Assembly: GCA_040755455.1 (NCBI GenBank)
Contig: JBFMAY010000057.1
Span: 1-19,507, forward strand
Source of the DNA: Thermodesulfobacteriota bacterium
GTDB taxonomy: Bacteria; Desulfobacterota; Desulfobulbia; Desulfobulbales; SURF-16
DNA length: 19,507 bases
Reading direction: 5' to 3'
This document shows positions 16,039-19,507 of the stretch, in pieces. Every line of letters starts with the position of its first letter. Position 1 is the first letter of the stretch. The position numbers and the translations under genes were made by a program. The notes under the pieces were generated by a model, which was given only the letters and a program-made list of their open reading frames with translations, was not told where the DNA came from and searched no databases.

Positions 16039-17520
16039 ATGACATCCTTGCAGATCTTACGGAAATATTTCGGCCACCCCTGCTTCCGGGGATGCCAGCA
16101 GGAGATCATTGACCATATCCTGGCAGGGGGCCACGCCTTGGTGATGATGCCCACCGGCATGGGCAAGTCCGTCTGCTACCAAATCCCGGCCCTGATGCTG
16201 CCCGGCCTTACCCTGGTTATCTCGCCGCTCATTGCCCTGATGAAGGATCAGGTTGACGGCCTGCGCGCCAAAAATATCGATGCGGCCTTTATCAACTCAT
16301 CGCTGACCAGGGCGGAGCGAGACAAAAGATTGCAGGCCCTGGCCCAAGGGGCGTACAGACTCCTCTACGTCACCCCGGAGCGCTTCCGTAAGCCCAGCTT
16401 CGCCGCCCTCATCACCAAACGCCCGATCAGCCTGCTGGCGGTGGATGAAGCCCACTGCATCAGCCAGTGGGGCCATGATTTCCGGCCGGACTACACCCGG
16501 CTCAGGGAGTTTCGCAACATGCTGGGCAACCCCCTTACCATCGCCCTGACCGCCACGGCCACCCCTGACGTGCAGCAGGACATCATCACCCAGCTCGGCC
16601 TCACCCCAGCGGCAATCAAAATCTTCCACGAGGGGATCAACCGCCCCAATCTCCAGCTCGGCGTCGTTGATCTATACGGGGATGACGACAAGCTGGCGGT
16701 TATTGCCAGCCAATACCGCAGGCAACCGGGCAGCACCATTGTCTATTTCTCCCTGATCAAAACCCTGGAACGGTTCAGCTCCCTGCTCGGCCGCGGCAAC
16801 ATTGCCCATTGCTGTTATCATGGCGGGCTCGACCAGGCTGAACGCCGCCGCATCCAGAACCTTTTCATGGCCGGCGACAGCAATCTCATTCTCGCCACCA
16901 ATGCCTTTGGCATGGGCATTGACAAGGCCGATATCCGCCATGTCATCCATGCCGAGGTGCCCGGCTCCATGGAGGCCTATTACCAGGAAATCGGCCGGGC
17001 CGGACGGGACGGGGCCGTATCGGACTGCACCCTGCTCTATGATGAACATGACCTGCTCATCCAGATGGATTTCATCAAATGGAACAATCCCGATGCCGGC
17101 TTTTACCGCCGCCTCTATCAGATGCTGGCCGACGACCGGGAAGCGGCCAACAGCGGGGGGATTGAATGGCTGAAGGAAAGGCTGCTCTTTAAGAACAGGC
17201 ACGATTTCCGGCTGGAGACGGCGCTTTCCATGTTCGATCGTTTTGGCACAACCGAGGGCAGCCTGGCAGGGCACGATCTGCATGTGACGGCGCCACTCCC
17301 CGCGGAGCTCGGCCCCAAAAAAATTGCGGACAAGATGCTTGCTGAACAAAAAAAACTGCATTTCATGGTTTGTTATATTAAAACAGAGGGGTGCCGCAAG
17401 GCCCTCATCCATGATTATTTCGGCATGGATCATCCCGCCAGTTGCGGCGCCTGCGACAATTGCCGGCGCAGCCAGGAGTTGACGAACCAGCAACAAGTCG
17501 CGGCCCGGACCGGCGGATAA
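16039..17520 (+). CDS. recQ: RecQ-family ATP-dependent DNA helicase (short form, no evident HRDC)
   Basis: MPTGMGKSVCYQ Walker A, VDEAHCISQWGHDFRPDY, ALTATAT, ATNAFGMGIDK, YYQEIGRAGRDG, and Zn-binding CRK ... CGACDNC at the C-terminus. Confidence 0.93.
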   Translation: MTSLQILRKYFGHPCFRGCQQEIIDHILAGGHALVMMPTGMGKSVCYQIPALMLPGLTLVISPLIALMKDQVDGLRAKNIDAAFINSSLTRAERDKRLQALAQGAYRLLYVTPERFRKPSFAALITKRPISLLAVDEAHCISQWGHDFRPDYTRLREFRNMLGNPLTIALTATATPDVQQDIITQLGLTPAAIKIFHEGINRPNLQLGVVDLYGDDDKLAVIASQYRRQPGSTIVYFSLIKTLERFSSLLGRGNIAHCCYHGGLDQAERRRIQNLFMAGDSNLILATNAFGMGIDKADIRHVIHAEVPGSMEAYYQEIGRAGRDGAVSDCTLLYDEHDLLIQMDFIKWNNPDAGFYRRLYQMLADDREAANSGGIEWLKERLLFKNRHDFRLETALSMFDRFGTTEGSLAGHDLHVTAPLPAELGPKKIADKMLAEQKKLHFMVCYIKTEGCRKALIHDYFGMDHPASCGACDNCRRSQELTNQQQVAARTGG

Positions 17521-17647
17521 CGCCAAGCCGTTGTAAAAAAATAATCGTAACATCCCCCCATCCCGTGACCGGCATAACGGACCGCCACAAAATGATGGAA
17601 ATATAACGGTTGTTGCGTAACGCCCCCTATAATAGCGAGTAAACTGC

Positions 17648-19354
17648 ATGGAACCGATAAAACAGTTTATTTTGACGATTTCATCACGAGTTGAACATAT
17701 GGGAAACCTCATTCTGTGGCTTGGCATGGGAATCGTTGCTGCAGCGCTTCTTCTGGCGGTATGGCGTTTCAGCAAAAGAAAAAAAGCGGACAAGATTCCC
17801 CGGGTTGCTGCCCCTTCCCCGCCGCCGGCCGGCCAGAATGAGCTGCAGTTTTCCGCCCGGCCCCAATCGCTCCCCTCGGGTGACAATGTACACCTGCAGC
17901 TGGAGATCCTCCGGCAGACCCTTGATCTGACCACCGCCATTCTGTTATGGGCTGGCCCCGAGGACAAAAACCTGCAGATACTCAGCGTAGCCAGCCTGTG
18001 CGATGATATTGTCCGGGAGCCTTTCCCCAGGGGCAGCGGCATTATCGGCGGCCTGCGTCAGGGCTGTCCGGAGATTGCCGTCTCACCGGTGCCGCAGCAT
18101 CTCTCCATCCCCTATTATGCTACTGATAGAAAAACGGGCAGTCTGCTGGCCCTGTCCATCCCCAATGCCGTCGGGCCGGACGGTGACGGGCAGAACCGCT
18201 CCCCGGCCACGGCCATCCTTTGCCTGGACCGGGAAAGCGAGGCGCCCTGGACGGAGCAGGAGCGGGAAGTGGTGGAGCTCACCTGCCGCAAACTCTCCCA
18301 TGATCTGCGTTTCACCCACCAGATGGAGGAGACAAACCGCCACATGGAGGCCATCCACCAGATCTGCATGAGCATGCTGGAACTCAACCAGGTGCTGGGT
18401 CTGCAGGCGGTCTTTACGGCGACGATTAAAACGGTCAAGCAGTTGACCGCCGCCGATTTCATGGCGATCAGCCTGCTGGAAGGCGGGGAGCACCGCATTG
18501 TCATGGCCAGCGGCCACAAGTCCGGCCACTTTGACGGCCTTTCCTTTCCGGCCGATGACGGCCTGGTGGGACAGGCCATCAAACTGCGCCGCTGGCTGCC
18601 CGTCCATGCCAACTATCAGGAGGATTTTCCCGTTTTCAGCAACAGCATGCGCATCGCCGGCTTGAAGTCCTTGCTCATTCTGCCGCTGCTCAAAGGGGAT
18701 AAGGAGGCCATCGGCGCCCTGACCGTCGCCGGCCGAAAACCGGAGATGTTTCCCCTGGAACTCCGGGAGATCCTCGAAGTGATCGCCTGCCAGGTTGCCA
18801 CCAAGATCGAACTGGCCCTGGCCCACGAAAAAATTTACCAGCTGGCCACCACGGATGGGCTGACCGGGCTCGCCAATCACCGCACCTTTCAGCATGCCTT
18901 TGACAACATGCTGCACCGGGCCCTGCGCCAGACAATTCCCCTCACCGTGGTCCTCTGCGATCTGGATTACTTCAAAAAGATAAACGATACCTATGGTCAT
19001 CCCTTTGGCGATGCCGTTCTGCAGGAGGTGGCCAGGGTGCTGGCCGGCACGGTCCGCAAGGTGGATCTTGCCGCCCGTTACGGAGGGGAGGAATTCGCCC
19101 TGCTGCTCGAAGATTCGGACATCACCGGGGCCTGCAAACAGGCAGAGCGGGTACGCAGGGCCATCAATGCCCTGGAGTTCCACCATGACGGCAGCGTGAT
19201 AAAAATTTCCATGTCCTTCGGTCTCGCCTCGTTTCCCCAGGATGGGGAGAACAAAAACGAGCTCATCAAAAAGGCGGACCAGGCGCTGTATCACGCCAAG
19301 GCCAGGGGCCGCAACCGCAGCGTCTGCTGGTGCGACACCCAACAGGAGGCATAG
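17648..19354 (+). CDS. GAF-GGDEF diguanylate cyclase with N-terminal membrane anchor (start ATG 17648 or 17699)
   Basis: TM segment LILWLGMGIVAAALLLAVW, GAF-like regions, TDGLTGLANHR, DLDYFKKINDTYGHPFGD, I-site RKVD followed by RYGGEEF. Confidence 0.92.
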   Translation: MEPIKQFILTISSRVEHMGNLILWLGMGIVAAALLLAVWRFSKRKKADKIPRVAAPSPPPAGQNELQFSARPQSLPSGDNVHLQLEILRQTLDLTTAILLWAGPEDKNLQILSVASLCDDIVREPFPRGSGIIGGLRQGCPEIAVSPVPQHLSIPYYATDRKTGSLLALSIPNAVGPDGDGQNRSPATAILCLDRESEAPWTEQEREVVELTCRKLSHDLRFTHQMEETNRHMEAIHQICMSMLELNQVLGLQAVFTATIKTVKQLTAADFMAISLLEGGEHRIVMASGHKSGHFDGLSFPADDGLVGQAIKLRRWLPVHANYQEDFPVFSNSMRIAGLKSLLILPLLKGDKEAIGALTVAGRKPEMFPLELREILEVIACQVATKIELALAHEKIYQLATTDGLTGLANHRTFQHAFDNMLHRALRQTIPLTVVLCDLDYFKKINDTYGHPFGDAVLQEVARVLAGTVRKVDLAARYGGEEFALLLEDSDITGACKQAERVRRAINALEFHHDGSVIKISMSFGLASFPQDGENKNELIKKADQALYHAKARGRNRSVCWCDTQQEA

Positions 19355-19507
19355 GAGCTGTTACGAAATAGTTATAAAGAGAGCCTCTTGCAAAATGACT
19401 GAATATTTTCCTAACGGGAAAATATCAAGTAACATATTGAAATAATTGAGCTTCATGACATATCATGGTATTGTTTTGTACCACCAAAGCAAAACCAAGG
19501 AGAATGT

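Noticed and set aside
15483..16045. ORF-track calls 15483..15785, 15487..15918, 15665..16033 and 15788..16045
   Set aside because: They are alternative-frame or antisense shadows of the true sbtA frame, which has the RBS, the family-like leader and SECIS support.
19454..19507. Short inverted repeats (CATGA-N4-TCATG) and AAGGAG at the window end
   Set aside because: Probably the regulatory region and RBS of the next gene, but too short and truncated to call.

Overview
GC-rich (Desulfobacterota/deltaproteobacterium-like, by inference) chromosomal window dominated by signal-transduction genes: a DivK/CheY-type receiver, two sensor kinases, two GGDEF diguanylate cyclases and an orphan substrate-binding protein. 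It also carries a BatE-like TPR/SH3 protein, a SAM methyltransferase, an iron-sulfur flavoprotein, a Gfo/Idh/MocA oxidoreductase and a short RecQ. The ORF track misses three selenoprotein genes with five in-frame UGA codons, each followed at 20-22 nt by the G-initiated loop of a SECIS-like hairpin. (1) Two tandem, signal-peptide-bearing double-rhodanese paralogs have a CxxxxU active-site loop (UGA at 1361 and 2183) and sit between a response regulator and a histidine kinase. This is a candidate selenoprotein-coupled two-component sensing system. (2) An unannotated 106-aa SbtA-type (selenobiotic) RiPP precursor on the minus strand (15544-15864) has three SGUG motifs and lies directly upstream of its SbtM-type radical SAM/SPASM maturase.
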